From NCBI GenBank assembly GCA_036867785.1, contig CP145418.1:372001-436000 (forward strand): a stretch of DNA of 64,000 nucleotides, given 5' to 3'. Position 1 is the stretch's first letter; the number at the start of each line of letters is the position of its first letter. The translations under genes were made by a program, and so were the position numbers. Below are positions 32,801 to 48,224 of this stretch, one piece after another. The stretch is from Plasmodiophora brassicae. Its lineage: Eukaryota. The notes beneath the pieces were generated by a model. That model was not told the origin of the DNA. It saw only the letters and a list, made by a program, of their open reading frames with translations, and did not search any database.

Positions 32801-35800
32801 CTGGACCGATGCCTACTCTGGATTCGCTTCTGGTTGAGTTGGCTGCTTTTCTATCGGATGTTGCCCTACTCCCACCTTCCGCTTTCCAGGACACTCATCC
32901 CAATCTGGGGAAACTGTGTGCGGGGTCTTTCGACATGGTGTGGAATAACTTGTTATCCTTGCCATGTGGTGTTGTGGGATCTGCCCTTCGTGCATCTGCT
33001 GTTTTCCAAAACGCTCGGTCTGCTGCGTTATCGTCGGCTCCTTTGTCAACGTCCAGCACTGCTGCATTGAGTATGGAGCAAGATGATGACGAGGCCAATG
33101 ATGATGATGATGACGATGACGATGGCGATGGTGATGAGCAAGAAAATGACGCTGATGATGACGCAATGGCTGCGGTGGGAAACAATTCCCCTGCTGTGCC
33201 TACTGATGAACATCGAGATTTGCTACTGTCCCAGCTTCAGGAGATGGGATTCGAGCAGCGTCACGTCCTTTATGCCCTGAACACATCGGGATCCAGAGAC
33301 TTTAATCAGTTGATGGATTGGATGCTATTGCATCCTCCAGTTGACGCTGGGATTGTTAGCGCTGAGCAACCTGTATCACAAGCGGCGATATCTCAGTCTT
33401 CGGGGGCGCACCAGCCAGCAGAACCGTCAATGGCTGAACCGATGGGAAAATTCGCATCCGAAATTGAGTCTTGGTTTGGTCCTGTCTGCAATGTCGATGT
33501 TCTATCGCCGTCATATGCATGCACCGTGATTGGTACTCTTTTGAGTTGCGTTGAGGCGGAAGGAGAGAAAGACGACGTCGTACGCGAGGTGTCACAATAT
33601 TGTCTGCGAGTTAAGGATTCGGCTTTTACCGGCGCTCTGTTCGCAGCGGCAACCTCTCGACTTTCTTCTCCGCGTGTCTTAGACGTCATCCTTCGGGTCC
33701 TTACAGAATCCCCGAGTGATGGTGTTGCCATGATTTGTCGCAATTCTGATTTCACGGATGGTCTATTATTTTCTTGCAGGACTGGAACTTCCTCAAGTTT
33801 CCAGATTGTCGCCTGCCTTGCATCAGTTTGGGGAGAAGATGGACTTCGACCCGCGCTTCCACTTGAGACCCGGTTGGCCTTGACACGGGTTTGTCTCGAG
33901 CGCCTGCCCGAATCTGTTGGAGCTTTATGTGTTCTTGTCAGTCAAACCGAGGTTGCGCAAGAAGCACTTGGATGGAATGCCATTTCCTTGATCTTGAACA
34001 TGCAGGGGCCTGCTCTTCCTGAAAGCGACGCCGTTTTACTGCATCTGCTAGAAGATAACAGCCTGCTGCAGAAAACTTTGGTTCGTTCCATCCAAGCTCG
34101 CTCATCATTTGCGAATTTCTATGAGCGCTGTTCCAAACTGCTGTTTAGGGACGTATCCCGCTTGTTGAAATGGCTTCTGGAATCCGTTCAGGTCACCTCT
34201 TCAAACGGCAGTGTCATTTTGGCACCTCGAACAACTGACGACAAAGATAGCCTCGCCTTTCCGGACTCCACCTGGCCTGAGGGTCTCGGCCAAATCCTAG
34301 ATCATGTTACTACTGATCGGCGGCCAGGCCATTCTGACACTTTACGGTTGTTAGCTATTCTTCGATCTTTTCTTCGAGGGCAACGAGCTAGCTGCGACGT
34401 TATTGCTCGTTTTATCATCGAACGTGGGGTCCGCAATGGCGATGACGGCGATGTCGGGACCCGTTTCGTTGATATTGTTGTGCGCGATCTCCTGACAATT
34501 CGTAGCGCCTCGCTACGAGGACCCGACTGCAGCGCTGAAGCAGCAGCTGACCTTGCGAGGAGCCTGAGGAAGGCTGCGCAAGGGCTTCTCGTCGAACTTT
34601 CGTCGTCCTGCGAAGACGTTGCTAACGCTGTGTTTCAGTCTATTCTTCATGCCATGCGCCGTGAATCGGTACACAGTTCCAGTTGTGGTCGTGACCGTCG
34701 CGTCGCACGTTTTGCCTCTGCCCTTTCCGTGCTGCTTCGCGGTGACACCGCGCGAGCGAGTCTTATGATTCGGCAGGGTGTCATACCTGTCCTCGTGCAA
34801 GCGATGGAATCGTTGGATCTTTCTTCGCCTACCCTGTCTGAAAGCGTCGAAGGTGTCATCCGCGCGTTGGAGAACCTTGGCACTCTTGATCTGCAGCATC
34901 CACTCCCGAGAGATTTCTCTGACGAACCATCCGTGCCAGAAAGCGTTATAGCGCCCCAGACTGTGCCAATGGATGTCGATGTCGATGACAATGAGAGTGA
35001 CGTCAATGATGATCATCCAGTCGAGATGGAAGAAGAGGAGGAAGAGGATGAGGATGACAATCGCGATCAAGACAATGAGGAAGATGACGACGACGATGAG
35101 GAAGATGACGAGCATTCTCCGGACAACGAGGCCACTGCTGAGGATGTAGACGGTGGAAACGAAGAGGACCCTGCCGAACAAGACGATTCCGAGTACGACG
35201 AGGACGAGCTTGTCATCAACGACGCCGAAAACGATGAGGAAAATCGTGGCGCTCACTTGCGCGTACTCGATGCCTCTGCATCGGCGGCTCCTTTGCAAGC
35301 GCAGTCCCGAATGTTTTCCCAACACACCATTGAGCAGATTGCGGATGTCCTGCAGCAGAGTGGCGATATTGGCGGTGGTATGATCCAGGGCGTCCAGCAA
35401 GCAACCGACCGCCTGCGAAACATTCTTGACGAGTTCCAACGGAACATTGGCGCTGACTTTGCTGACTTTGGCGAGCTGGTCATTGCTGCACCTGCTGTAC
35501 CGAACCGCAACCGTCGTAACCTGTCTGTGGGCGGTGACGGCGTCGTTGTAAGAAGCTCGATTCAGCGCTCCCCATTCGACGAACTTCCATGGCTTAATCC
35601 AAGGCGTTCGAGTGGAGATACATGGCGCCGTGTTCCTCCAGCTCCTGTTGCACCGCATCCTGAGGCGCTTCGCACAGTCTTCGGACGACAGATTGGGGTT
35701 CCTTCTCGGACGACTGGTGAAACATCCAGCTGGTACTCTCGGATAGCAGCAAGCTCGGGCGATTCCATTAGATCGGCGGCTCTGTCTACGCTCCAGCAGC

Positions 35801-38800
35801 AGGCACAGGCACAGACGTCGTCTGAGCAGAACACTTCGGCCGACTCCGTCGTGCGAGTTGCTTCTGAAACGCTTCCAGTGGCGTCCGGATCTAACGTTTC
35901 TGACCCTTCGACAATCGAGGGTGCATTGGATGTCGAGCATCCTGAGGGTATCAGTGGGCATAATGGACAACCGCAACAGTCAGATTCTGGCGCTATGGAT
36001 GTCGACCTGCGTGAGGAGGAGCGCATTTCGTCTGATCAACCAGATGCAGAGCATTCGCAGCCTGAAGCAGATGTTCCGCCTGAACTGATTGAGCACTCAG
36101 CACTAGATCCGCCACAACCTGACCCAGTGGAATCCCAAGATGCACCACCGGCGGAGGCGCCCGTGGAGTCGACTGGTCTCACAGAAGACGAGCGTCAGGC
36201 GTTTCTGGCGGCTCTGCCACCTGAACTGCAAGCTGAAATCATGCTGCAAGATAGCAGGTTGCAGGCAGCTCACGCTAACCCATCTGAGATGAACCCTTCC
36301 ATATCTGCCGATATCGACAACGCATCGTTTATTGCTGCTCTACCCGACGATATTCGCGAAGAATTTCTTCTGTCACAAGATGACAACTTCCTAGCTGCAC
36401 TGCCTCCTGAATTGATGTCGGAGGCTATTCTGTTGCGTCAGCGTAATCTGTACTCTGAGCGTGACGATTTCCCGGCTCCGATACGTCGGCAACAAAATGT
36501 ATCAGCGCCCTCCCAAGGGACCTCGTCTTCGAACAATGCGGCGGAATCACAGGTGGCGACACCGCTTCTTCCCGTTCGACTGGTTGCGCCTCTTGTGAAG
36601 CTTTACACGATTCGCTCCTTCGATGCCGTTAAGTCCATCCACCGGCTTGTGCGTATCATGATTCGCTTCCAAGAGACGCGGGTTGCTCTGGTCGATTATT
36701 TGTTGAACGTGTGCTCGTCTCCGTCGTATACTCTGGCCCGTGCACTGCGAACTCTCAGGTTCATGTGCGTATCGTCACCTGAAGTTGTATCACATTTCCT
36801 TTCTGGTTTACCGGCTCCTCCGATTAACCGAGTCTTCGGGTTGCTCTCTGTTGCTCGACGTGAGCCGAGCGACTCTGTCTTAACCGGCTTAGTCGGTCTG
36901 GTCGAGGACGTTCTTTCTATTTTCAAAGGCGAAACACTGCCGGCAGACTTGTCGATCCCGGTACTTTCAGGTAACGCCATTGCCGATCTTGCCGCCATAA
37001 CCAACTTTCGTCAGTGTTCCGTCAAAGTTGCTGCCTCTTGCCAGGGGTTTGTCGGTGTTCTCTGCCTTGAGGAGTCGAACAAACGGCGTATTATTCGAGA
37101 GTTCGCGTCTGCAGTTCAGCGTGCTCGGCAGGCGGCGATGGCTCCTGGCGCCAAGTCTTGGGAAGTCTCGCATCAACATTCCCTTGTACTTCGCAATATT
37201 ACAATTTTGCAATCAGCCATTGCTGCATCGTCGTCAGCGCTGGACGAAGCCACCACATTGGTTATCGACACGTGCGTTGCCGATCTAAGCGCTCTATGGG
37301 AATGGCTCGACAATGCTCTGAAGGCGTTTGCGCCCACAAAGCCGTCTGTCAGCGAGCGAAGAATGAGCTCGAGTTCGACCAGCAATGTCGACAATGCCTC
37401 TCTTGAGCGTGCTTTGCAGTTCAAGGCCCTCATCGAAGCACGTTTCTTGCAGCAGCGGATCGCCTCCACGCCGGAGGCCTTTGTTGAGTTCATCTCTTTC
37501 TGCGATACGCACCGTCGTATTCTTAACTACATGTGTTCCCGATATCCCCGGCTCCTGTCCGGGTCGTTCCAAGCACTTTTGACGACGAAGGCGATCAAAG
37601 TGTTAGATTTCGACAACAAACGAAGGTATTTCAGGTCGCAGCTGGAGCAGCAGTTTGGGTCATTTCGATCTCGGTATCGAAGCGTGAAGTTACAGGTAGG
37701 AATAGTTTGGTTACTAGGGACATGCCCGTTTACATTTGCTTTTCAGATCCGTCGTGATCGGCTGTTCGAAGATTCATATCACCAGATCCGTGGCCAAACA
37801 CTCAATGAGCTCCGTTCCCACATGAGTGTGCAGTTTTATGGCGAAGAAGGCATGGACGCCGGTGGACTGACTCGGGAATGGTTCCACGTCATGTCGCACG
37901 AAATCTTCAACCCGAACTATCTCCTGTTCCGGACGGCGGCGAACTCGTCAGTCGTCTTCCAGCCTAACGAATTGTCCTTCTGGAATCCCGAGCACATCGA
38001 CTTCTTCAAATTCGTTGGGCGCTTTGTCGGCAAGGCGATCTACCAAGGTTGCTTGCTTGATGCCTACTTTACGCGTTCATTTTACAAACACATGCTGGGT
38101 GCGAAGCCGTCCTTCTCCGACCTGGAATCGATTGATCCCGATTTCTACAAATCGTTGAAGTGGATCCTGGAGAATCCGATCGACGGTGTCCTTGACCTAA
38201 CTTTCTCTGCCGAGACGCACGCGTTCGGCGAGAAGCGAACTGTCATGCTGAAACCGGAGGGCAGCACCATTCCCGTGACAGATGCCAACAAGGGCGAGTA
38301 CGTTCGTCTAATCACCGAGCTCCGGACGACGACCGAGATTCGCGCCCAGATCGATGCGTTCGTCGACGCGTTCCACGAGCTGATCCCGAAGGAGCTCATC
38401 AGCATCTTTAGTGACCATGAACTAGAGCTTCTGATCAGCGGCCTGCCGGCCATCGATATTGACGATCTGCGAGCCAACACCGAGTACCATGGTCTGTCCG
38501 AGTCGTCCGATGTCGTGCAGTGGTTCTGGAGCGCCCTGTCGACCTTCGACGGCGAGGAGAAGGCGCTGTTCATTCAGTTCGTAACTGGAACCAGTAAGGT
38601 ACCGATTGGCGGCTTCCGGTCTCTACAGGGGATGTCCGGCATCCAACGGTTCCAGATCCACAAAGCGTCTGGCGTCGACCGGCTGCCGTCGTCACACACG
38701 TGTTTCAATCAGCTCGATCTGCCCGATTATTCCTCGCCCGAATCGCTGGCAGAGAAGCTGCGCATCGCCATCCGAGAAGGAAGCACAGGGTTTGGTTTCG

Positions 38801-38805
38801 CTTGA
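29859..38805 (+). CDS. Giant HECT E3 ubiquitin ligase, HUWE1/Tom1/UPL1 type
   Basis: Helical N-terminus, UBA-like (LQEMGF), acidic region, FLAALPPEL repeats, and a HECT domain ending LPSSHTCFNQLDLP...GFGFA. Introns at 30174-30228 and probably 37696-37746. Confidence 0.96.
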
Positions 38806-38961
38806 GATTCGCAGTTATAATTCGTGGTAATAAAACGGCATGTATTCATTGAGCCAGCTCGACGCCGTGCCGATATTAGGGCACCCCGACCGTATACCGT
38901 CTGCGGACTGCGTGGCGGGGTCCGTTGCGTCCCCAGCAGTAATCCGGTCGTTGTTCTCGCG

Positions 38962-41221
<2,260 letters not shown>

Positions 41222-41342
41222 TCTGTCGTCGCCCTGCCTTCTGTCATTATACGATGCCCCATGCTTAGACTGTATGAACGCGTCTGTGTGTGTGTGTTGG
41301 TGCTAGTGTGTGGCTACCACTCTGGACGCTGTGGGGTCGGGC

Positions 41343-43207
41343 CTACAGCACAATCTGGTTCTTGAGTATGTTGACGAGGGCGGTGTCTGTGAGCGCCAGC
41401 GGCAGCTTCACTTGGGAGAACGCCACGTTCGCCCGCTTCTGCTTGAACTCGCGAAGGCGGGACAGAGCTCCCGGCGAAACGAAAACGACGGCCAGGGGCG
41501 ACAGGCGACCATCGGTGATGGAGGCTCGGTAACGCGGATTCGCTGTCGACAGGGACGCGTCGATCTTCTCGGCCAGGCCCGCGGCTAGCTGCTCATCTGG
41601 AGTGGCGCCAACCGGCATCTCAATGGCAACAACAATGTGGCCGGGGAGCACGTCGACGTCCAAGTACGAGCCGAACTCGGGGATGGTGCCTGGCAACTCT
41701 GAAACGGCCTACAGTGGAACTCAGCAAAGAGCGTCCGACGCGCATGAATATGCTCGCAGCTCACATTCACGATTGCCGGAAGCAACTCGGATTCCGCCAC
41801 GATGAATTCGTCGCCGCCGACAAGGCGGAACCCGACATTGGCCCGGCCAAGGATCTTGAACACGGGAAGCGCACCATGGACCATGTCCACGACTTCGATG
41901 GAATCAAACGTACGGTACCGGTACAGGCCGCGTTCGTTGGTCAGCACCAGTTCGTACGACTGCCCGGGACACAACTCGGACAGCAGGCACGTGGGCGGCT
42001 GAGCCAGGTGCCGATCCTCATCCCTGATGAACTCGAGGAACAGGCTGCCGGGGGCGAACACGTAATTCTGAGCCAATCCAATGGGTCAGCGCGAGGTTGA
42101 CCAACCCCCAGGGCAGCCGGAGGGGTACCTGAACGCCATCTTTGGGGAACGTTGGTATCCCGATGAACTCGCCCTCGCTGCTGGCATACCCAAAGGAGAT
42201 GATGGTGACGGCATCGCCAAGGAAGTCCTGGATTGGGGCGCGGTACATCTCGAACGCGCCTGTGACACTGGTGAAGACGACGCGCAAGCTGGGCCATATG
42301 GCTGCAATGAGCCCTCGGTGATCTTCGCCATAGCTGCTGAAAATGCACTCCAGCTCGTCGGCGCGGCCTTGGTTGCGAACGAACTCGCTTTGTAGCTGCT
42401 GGCGAACGTCATCTGGCAGCGCGTCCTGGAAGAACTCGTCCCCGGGGAGTTCGCCTTCGGCGATCGCCGCAACGAACGCGTCCTTGTTCTCCAGCAGGCA
42501 TCGGAACAGGTCGATGACGAGGTTCCCGAACGTCGTGATGATGACGTTCAGGTCGCGCCGCGGCAACGCAAACAGCAGGTAGAGCTTCAAGTGGTCCGAC
42601 AGGTTCGCCAGGTTGTGCACCGGGCGCGGGACGACACTCGTCGCGAACGATGCGTCCAGGCGATTGGTCAGCGCCATCATCCCCGTCGACAGTATGCAGA
42701 CTGGCATCCCCGACGCCGCATAACGGTCGATACGGGACGACAGCATCGGCAACCATGGCCCTGGTTTCAGTTCAGCCTGTGGAACGCGTGCAAGGACGAC
42801 GCGCCACTACCTTTCCATTCGTCGTACGGCAACGACTCGTTGATCAGGGATAGGCGCACGCGTTCCGCCCGGCTTGTCCGACCTGTGATCGGGAAGCATT
42901 TGCTCCGCGCGCCCGTCGTTCCCCCAGACGTGGCCATGAAGAGGGGCACGCCCGGCACCATGATATTCGACGGATCAGCACTCTCCAGCATCCGGTTCGC
43001 GTACGGCTCGTAGTCGGCATACGTCGTCAGCGGGCACTTCTCGCGGAACGCGTCCGGCGACCACGTCGGGTCCAACCCGAAATCGCGACCCACCTGCGTC
43101 GTGCGCGCGTTCCGCCCCAGGATGCTTGCCAGTGCCGCGCTGTTCGCCTCCTCGACACCGCTCGCCAGCTTCGCCAGCGTCGGCGAGTGCCCCTCCCCCG
43201 TCGCCAT
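41343..43207 (-). CDS. GH3: GH3 acyl-acid amido synthetase family protein (4 exons)
   Basis: PLTTYADYEPY, TSGGTTG, YASSEG and GLYRYRTFD motifs. Introns at about 42761-42810, 42068-42128 and 41709-41764 restore a single frame. Confidence 0.92.
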
Positions 43208-43537
43208 GCCCAGTCACGACCCCCGCCAGACGCGAACTACTACCTGGACCCGACGCAAGCAAGATTCTAGAATGACGGCGCCGTGACCCCCTGGACAAGG
43301 AAGGAAGCGAACGACGCACCCCCCTCCACCAAAGTGCCCCCCCCGTAACGCACCTCATGAGAAGGAACATGCCGTCGTCCGGCGCGTTGTCGTGGTCGTT
43401 TTTGCGCGGCAATTATACTTTGCCAAGGTCAGCTTGCTGCGACCATGATGACACATTTTTTGGGGCGGCAGGTCATTTTGTCGACGGGACGGCGGGAGGG
43501 GGGCGCATTTGTCCGCTGTGGCCTGACGCGGCGAACC

Positions 43538-44534
43538 ATGTCGGAGGCGATTGGCATCATGAACGAGGGTGGGGGTGTCGGGGCGTGGCAGCATCGCGGG
43601 GCTGTGACCCTGACGCGTCCGTGTCTGCGTAGCGTACTTTGTCGGGCGCCACGAGCTGATCGACTGGGTGAATAACCTCCTGAAGGTCAACATCACCAAG
43701 GTCGGTGGGGAGGGCGCCGGAGGTCGTGTCGCGCTTGCTGGACTGACTGGTCGGCGTGCAGGTGGAGGAGTGTTGCACGGGCGCGATTCACTGTCAGATA
43801 TTCGACGTGCTGTACCCTGGGAAGATGAACATGACGAAGGTCAACTTCGAGGCCAAGCACGAGTACGAGTTCGTCAAGAATTTCAAGCTCCTTCAGGACA
43901 TGTTCGACAAGGTCGACATCCAGCATCACGTCCCTGTCGAGAAGATCATCAAGGGCAAATATCAGGACAATCTCGAACTGCTTCAGTGGGTTTACGAAGT
44001 CTTCAACCGTACTTACAATGGCGGCGACTATGACCCGATCAAGAGACGATCGAAATCCAAGGGCGGGCTCTCAGCATTTAAAGGGTCACGTGGTGGTGCG
44101 GCCGGGATGGCCCGAGCGCTGCCGGGCAAAGAGAACAAGGTGAAATCGACAACGACGGCGACGAAAAAGCCAGCGGGCGAGGCTGTGAGGCAGACGACCG
44201 CATCGGCCGCGGCAACAACGAAACACGCCGGTCAAGATGACGCTCTCGCAAAGGCGAAGAAGGATATTGAGGAAATGCATGGCGTGTTAAAGGAACTGGA
44301 GAAGGAGCGCGACTGGTAATGCCTGTTTGCGATGGCGTGGATGGTCGGGCCCTGACCTAATTCCGAAACAGGTACTTCTCCAAGATCCTGGATGTCGAAA
44401 AGATCTGCAAAGAGGCCGAGGAGTCCCCGATGATTCAGCAGATCCTTGAAGTACTGTACGCCACAGACAATGACATCGGGGCGGATGACCACCCGATCAG
44501 TATCGACACGACAATGGGCGAGCAGACCGTCTGA
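43538..44534 (+). CDS. EB1: EB1/MAPRE microtubule plus-end-binding protein
   Basis: AYFVGRHELIDWVN, CH domain with KGKYQDNLELLQW, EBH domain LEKERDWYFSKI; three short introns. Confidence 0.95.
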
Positions 44535-44626
44535 TATTCAACACCTACATCTGTTTACAATGTATCGTTCTGACACTCCGACACGTTTCACACGTTCACG
44601 GGCCTATGCAGATACGTTCGCCTTTA

Positions 44627-45890
44627 TCATGTCGCGTTCGGCGAGTCATTCAGCGCCACACACGTCGCCGGTTTCTGATGCCCTTGGTATTCCAGAACAG
44701 CGTCGCCACTGCTTAGATCCCATAGTCGTGCCGTCTTGTCCGAAGAGGCTGCACGTATCGCGCCCGTCAAGACCACAATGCTACCATGAAACACGAGCGG
44801 TCGTACCTGTGACCAGGTACGCGCTGTCGGCAGAGAACGAGCAGTCCCACACCCATGCTTTGTGGCCCGTCAGCGTCTGGGACAGCTCACAGTTGTCTGC
44901 TAGGTTCCAGATCTTGACAGTGCGATCTGCAGACGTCGTCGCCAGGTATCGCACGTCGGGTGATATGAGGCACTTCAGCAAGTACGTATTGTGCGCTGAC
45001 ACGGTTTGAAGTATCCTTGGTTGAGGTTCGCCAGCCAGTGACCTGCTCACGAGCGTTTAGGGCAGACCGGGCGTTGATTGCGCACTCATCATACCAGGTC
45101 GTGAACTTGCCATTCGTGTTCGCAGCCGCAATGACCGACGCGTCACTGGCAACCGACACGGAGCGTAGGCTGCTCTTGTCTTCGGGAACCTGCACCCGTC
45201 GTCAAACCCCCAAGACGTGACGCAAGAACGTCGCCACTGACCAAGGTCGTGGAGAGTTTCCCAGCCGTCAAATCGTAGATACGCACATGGCCAGCCTCAT
45301 CGACAGCAACGATCTCGCCCTACAAGGCCCGCGCTATCTCTGAATTGCCATGCGGCGATAGACGACCCCGAGTACCTGGTTTGGGTGCAGGGCGGCGTCG
45401 TTGACAGGGCTGCCATTGGACAGGTCCTTCTGGCACGTTCCCGCCCGGATGTCCCAGATCTTGATCATGCCGTCCTCGGACGCGGAGAACATCCACTTGC
45501 TCTCCTTCTGGAAGCCGATCGCCATCACGTTCGCCTTGTGCCCATTCAGGCACCTTATCTGCTCACACCCACACGTCAGGCCACACGCGGCCCTGACGCA
45601 CACCGACGAATCATCGAACGTGGCTCTGGTTCTGGTTCAGTGTGGGGATATCATAGAGCCGGACGCTGGGGTTGCCGGCGGCCGCCAGGATCTGCTTGTC
45701 GGCGGTGATGTCGAGCCGGTTGACCTGCTACACACACACACGGTCAGGCGGCGCACGGGTGCGGGCCCAGCCGCCCGCCTGCACGTACCGAGTCCGGGTG
45801 CGGGATCGACTGGCGGCACTGCGCCGACGTCGCCTGCCACAGCTTGATCGACCCGTAGCCGGCCGTCGCAAGGACGACGCTTGCCGCCAT
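44627..45890 (-). CDS. LST8: TOR complex subunit LST8 (WD40), multi-exon
   Basis: [34 protein letters not shown] and [20 protein letters not shown] motifs. Confidence 0.93.
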
Positions 45891-46003
45891 TATCGGATTT
45901 CGCCAACGGACTATCAGGAGGCCGACGAGATGGGTCGTATCAACCAGTTCATTACGACGTGTCGCAGTTGTGGCAGGGACGCGTCACTCTCGGAGCGCTC
46001 GGG

Positions 46004-46744
46004 TCAGAGCTTCGACAGCATGCGGGCGGCTTCCTTCAGGGACGGCGACATCTTCCAGTCGGACTCCTTGGTCGTGTAGTCCAGGGCATGGGGCATCAGC
46101 AGGTACAGGTGCACGAGCACGTCCCGGTAGGCACGCCGGCCGTCGCTCCAGACCCATTCGCCGGGGACGATGCCGCCCACCTTCCAGCCGGATTTACGCG
46201 CGAGCGCGCCGCGCTCCAGGCCCTGGGCGGTCGTCACCTGGACGATGTCGATCCTGCCGCGCCGAGCGATCTCCTCCATGTACGGCCAGTAGTACTTGGA
46301 CAGCGGCCCGCGATGCTCCGGGTGGGCCACCGTCGCCAGCAGCTTGTAGGCGCGCTCGTAGGGCAACATCTGCATGCCGGTCGCCAGCGTGATCACACCG
46401 TCGGGGCGGCAGAACACGATGACCAGGTACGGTTTCGCGCGTTCGTGCTCGGCGTCGCTCTTGCAGACGTCCGTCTCGTACCACTTCCTGGTCAGCATCA
46501 TGCGCCTGGACGTGTGATGCAGCGCCGAGAAGTACGTCGCGTACAGGTGCAGGACGCGGTCGATGTCCTTCTCGGCCATCGGGCGCACGACCCACCCATC
46601 GTCGAACGGCATCGGGAACCACGGCCACGCCAGCGCCGGCAGCGCTCGCACGTCCCGCGTCGAACACGACACCGAGTTCGCCATCGAATCAAAGTTCCCA
46701 TACCCTTCGCGGGCGTTGGCCGCCGGCGTCCCTGGCAATGCCAT
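46004..46744 (-). CDS. Putative GNAT-fold N-acetyltransferase
   Basis: VVRPMAEKDIDRVLHLY start, motif-A-like VAHPEHRG and motif-B-like ARKSGWKVGG; intronless. The start codon is uncertain. Confidence 0.6.
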   Translation of the reverse strand: MALPGTPAANAREGYGNFDSMANSVSCSTRDVRALPALAWPWFPMPFDDGWVVRPMAEKDIDRVLHLYATYFSALHHTSRRMMLTRKWYETDVCKSDAEHERAKPYLVIVFCRPDGVITLATGMQMLPYERAYKLLATVAHPEHRGPLSKYYWPYMEEIARRGRIDIVQVTTAQGLERGALARKSGWKVGGIVPGEWVWSDGRRAYRDVLVHLYLLMPHALDYTTKESDWKMSPSLKEAARMLSKL

Positions 46745-47056
46745 AGCGGTTTCTGGTGTGAGGGTCGGCACACCTCGGCGCTGGGGCAGAACACGTCGCA
46801 GACAGCGCTCACGTGACCTGCAACGAGGTCAAGCATGACAGGCAGGGACCCCACACTCGTCACATATAGGACCAGGCGTGTTTCCGGCCGATGGGCGGGA
46901 CGCACCCATGGCTGGGACTTGAACGGGACCGGTATGTAACCATCAGCCGTTATCCCTGCCACTGCTGGAATAGTACACGTGGAACGATCTGATGCGCTTA
47001 GGACTAATGATGGTCTCGCGGGTACCACCCGCGCCCTTAGTCTTCATCCCCATCCG

Positions 47057-47389
47057 ATGGCGTCGCTCTCGGCCGACGACCGCGCCCTGATGATGGTGGC
47101 GTTCGCCGACGACGACCGCGTCCCGCAAGTCGTCGACTCGTTGCTCGCCCTGGCGACGTCATCGGTGGGGACTCGGCAGCAACCGGGACGCATGCGCTGC
47201 GGGATGGGAGGCTGTGGACGACGTGTCACGCTGGCTGGCGCGTACGCGTGCCGTTGTGGCCGCACGTACTGCCAGGCGCACCGCCCCAGCGAATCGCACG
47301 ACTGCACGTTCGACTTCAAGGCGTTCGGCCAGCAGATCCTGCGACGCGACAACCCGATCGTCCGGACGCGCAAGGTCGTCCCGATCTAA
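47057..47389 (+). CDS. AN1-type zinc-finger protein
   Basis: CGMGGCGRRV...CRCGRTYCQAHRPSESHDCTFDFK...NPIV. Confidence 0.92.
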   Translation: MASLSADDRALMMVAFADDDRVPQVVDSLLALATSSVGTRQQPGRMRCGMGGCGRRVTLAGAYACRCGRTYCQAHRPSESHDCTFDFKAFGQQILRRDNPIVRTRKVVPI

Positions 47390-47429
47390 ATACCCAATCA
47401 TGTCGTCACTGTATTCGCGGGGACTAATA

Positions 47430-48044
47430 CTAGACCGTGAACGCGACGAAGATCGGGATGCGGCAGAGCGGGCAGGTCGCTGCCGGCGCCAGCGCGATCC
47501 ACTCGTCGATGCAGGACTGGTGGAACGAGTGGAAACAGGGCAGGGTTCGTAATGGTTCGCCGTCGACGAACGGCGATAGGCAGATGGAACACGGGAACCT
47601 GGTGCCATCGGCGGTTGCCTTGTACGCGTCGACCGGTAGGTCGTCGAGCCATCCTCGAAGCTGGATCGCGAAGCGCGGTGGCCTGGGATCGGGTGGCGGT
47701 GCCAGGATGGATTCTAGTTTCGACCGCAGGATGAACTCGAGGCAGCGACCGGTGACGAACGCGACGGCGACCGGGACCCAGGTTCGGGGTTCGTGCGTCG
47801 CCAGGTCAGGACGACAGTTGATGGCGATGAACAGAGCGAGGCACATGGCGTTCAACGTAACGACGACGCCGATGAAGCGGCGCGGCATGAGTTGCAGGCA
47901 CATGGCGACGTAGAACCCGAGCGTTTTCGTCAGGAACGCGTCGGCCATCCATGCGAACAGGGCGATGTTCGCCAGGATCACGACGCAGAGCGTAGACAGG
48001 GCCAGGCTGCGCCCTGCACGACCGATCAGCGCCCGGGTCAGCAT
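47430..48044 (-). CDS. Membrane-bound RING-H2 E3 ligase
   Basis: Several N-terminal hydrophobic helices and CSICLSPF...[15 protein letters not shown]...CPLCR. Confidence 0.9.
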   Translation of the reverse strand: MLTRALIGRAGRSLALSTLCVVILANIALFAWMADAFLTKTLGFYVAMCLQLMPRRFIGVVVTLNAMCLALFIAINCRPDLATHEPRTWVPVAVAFVTGRCLEFILRSKLESILAPPPDPRPPRFAIQLRGWLDDLPVDAYKATADGTRFPCSICLSPFVDGEPLRTLPCFHSFHQSCIDEWIALAPAATCPLCRIPIFVAFTV

Positions 48045-48224
48045 TGCTGGACGGTGGCATGCAGGAACGAGGGGTCACTCAAATGGGGCTCGACCCAGGG
48101 AGCGGCCGCGGGCGCGGTGCCCAATTTAGGGCCGATCCGACGGCAGCTGCCAGCTCAGAACGCCCATTGCTCCCCAAGATAGATACCGTATCTGTATCTA
48201 GGCGCCAACGACACGTCGTTCGGG

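Noticed and set aside
41343-43207. GH3 as a frameshifted pseudogene
   Set aside because: Three canonical GT-AG introns restore one continuous frame.
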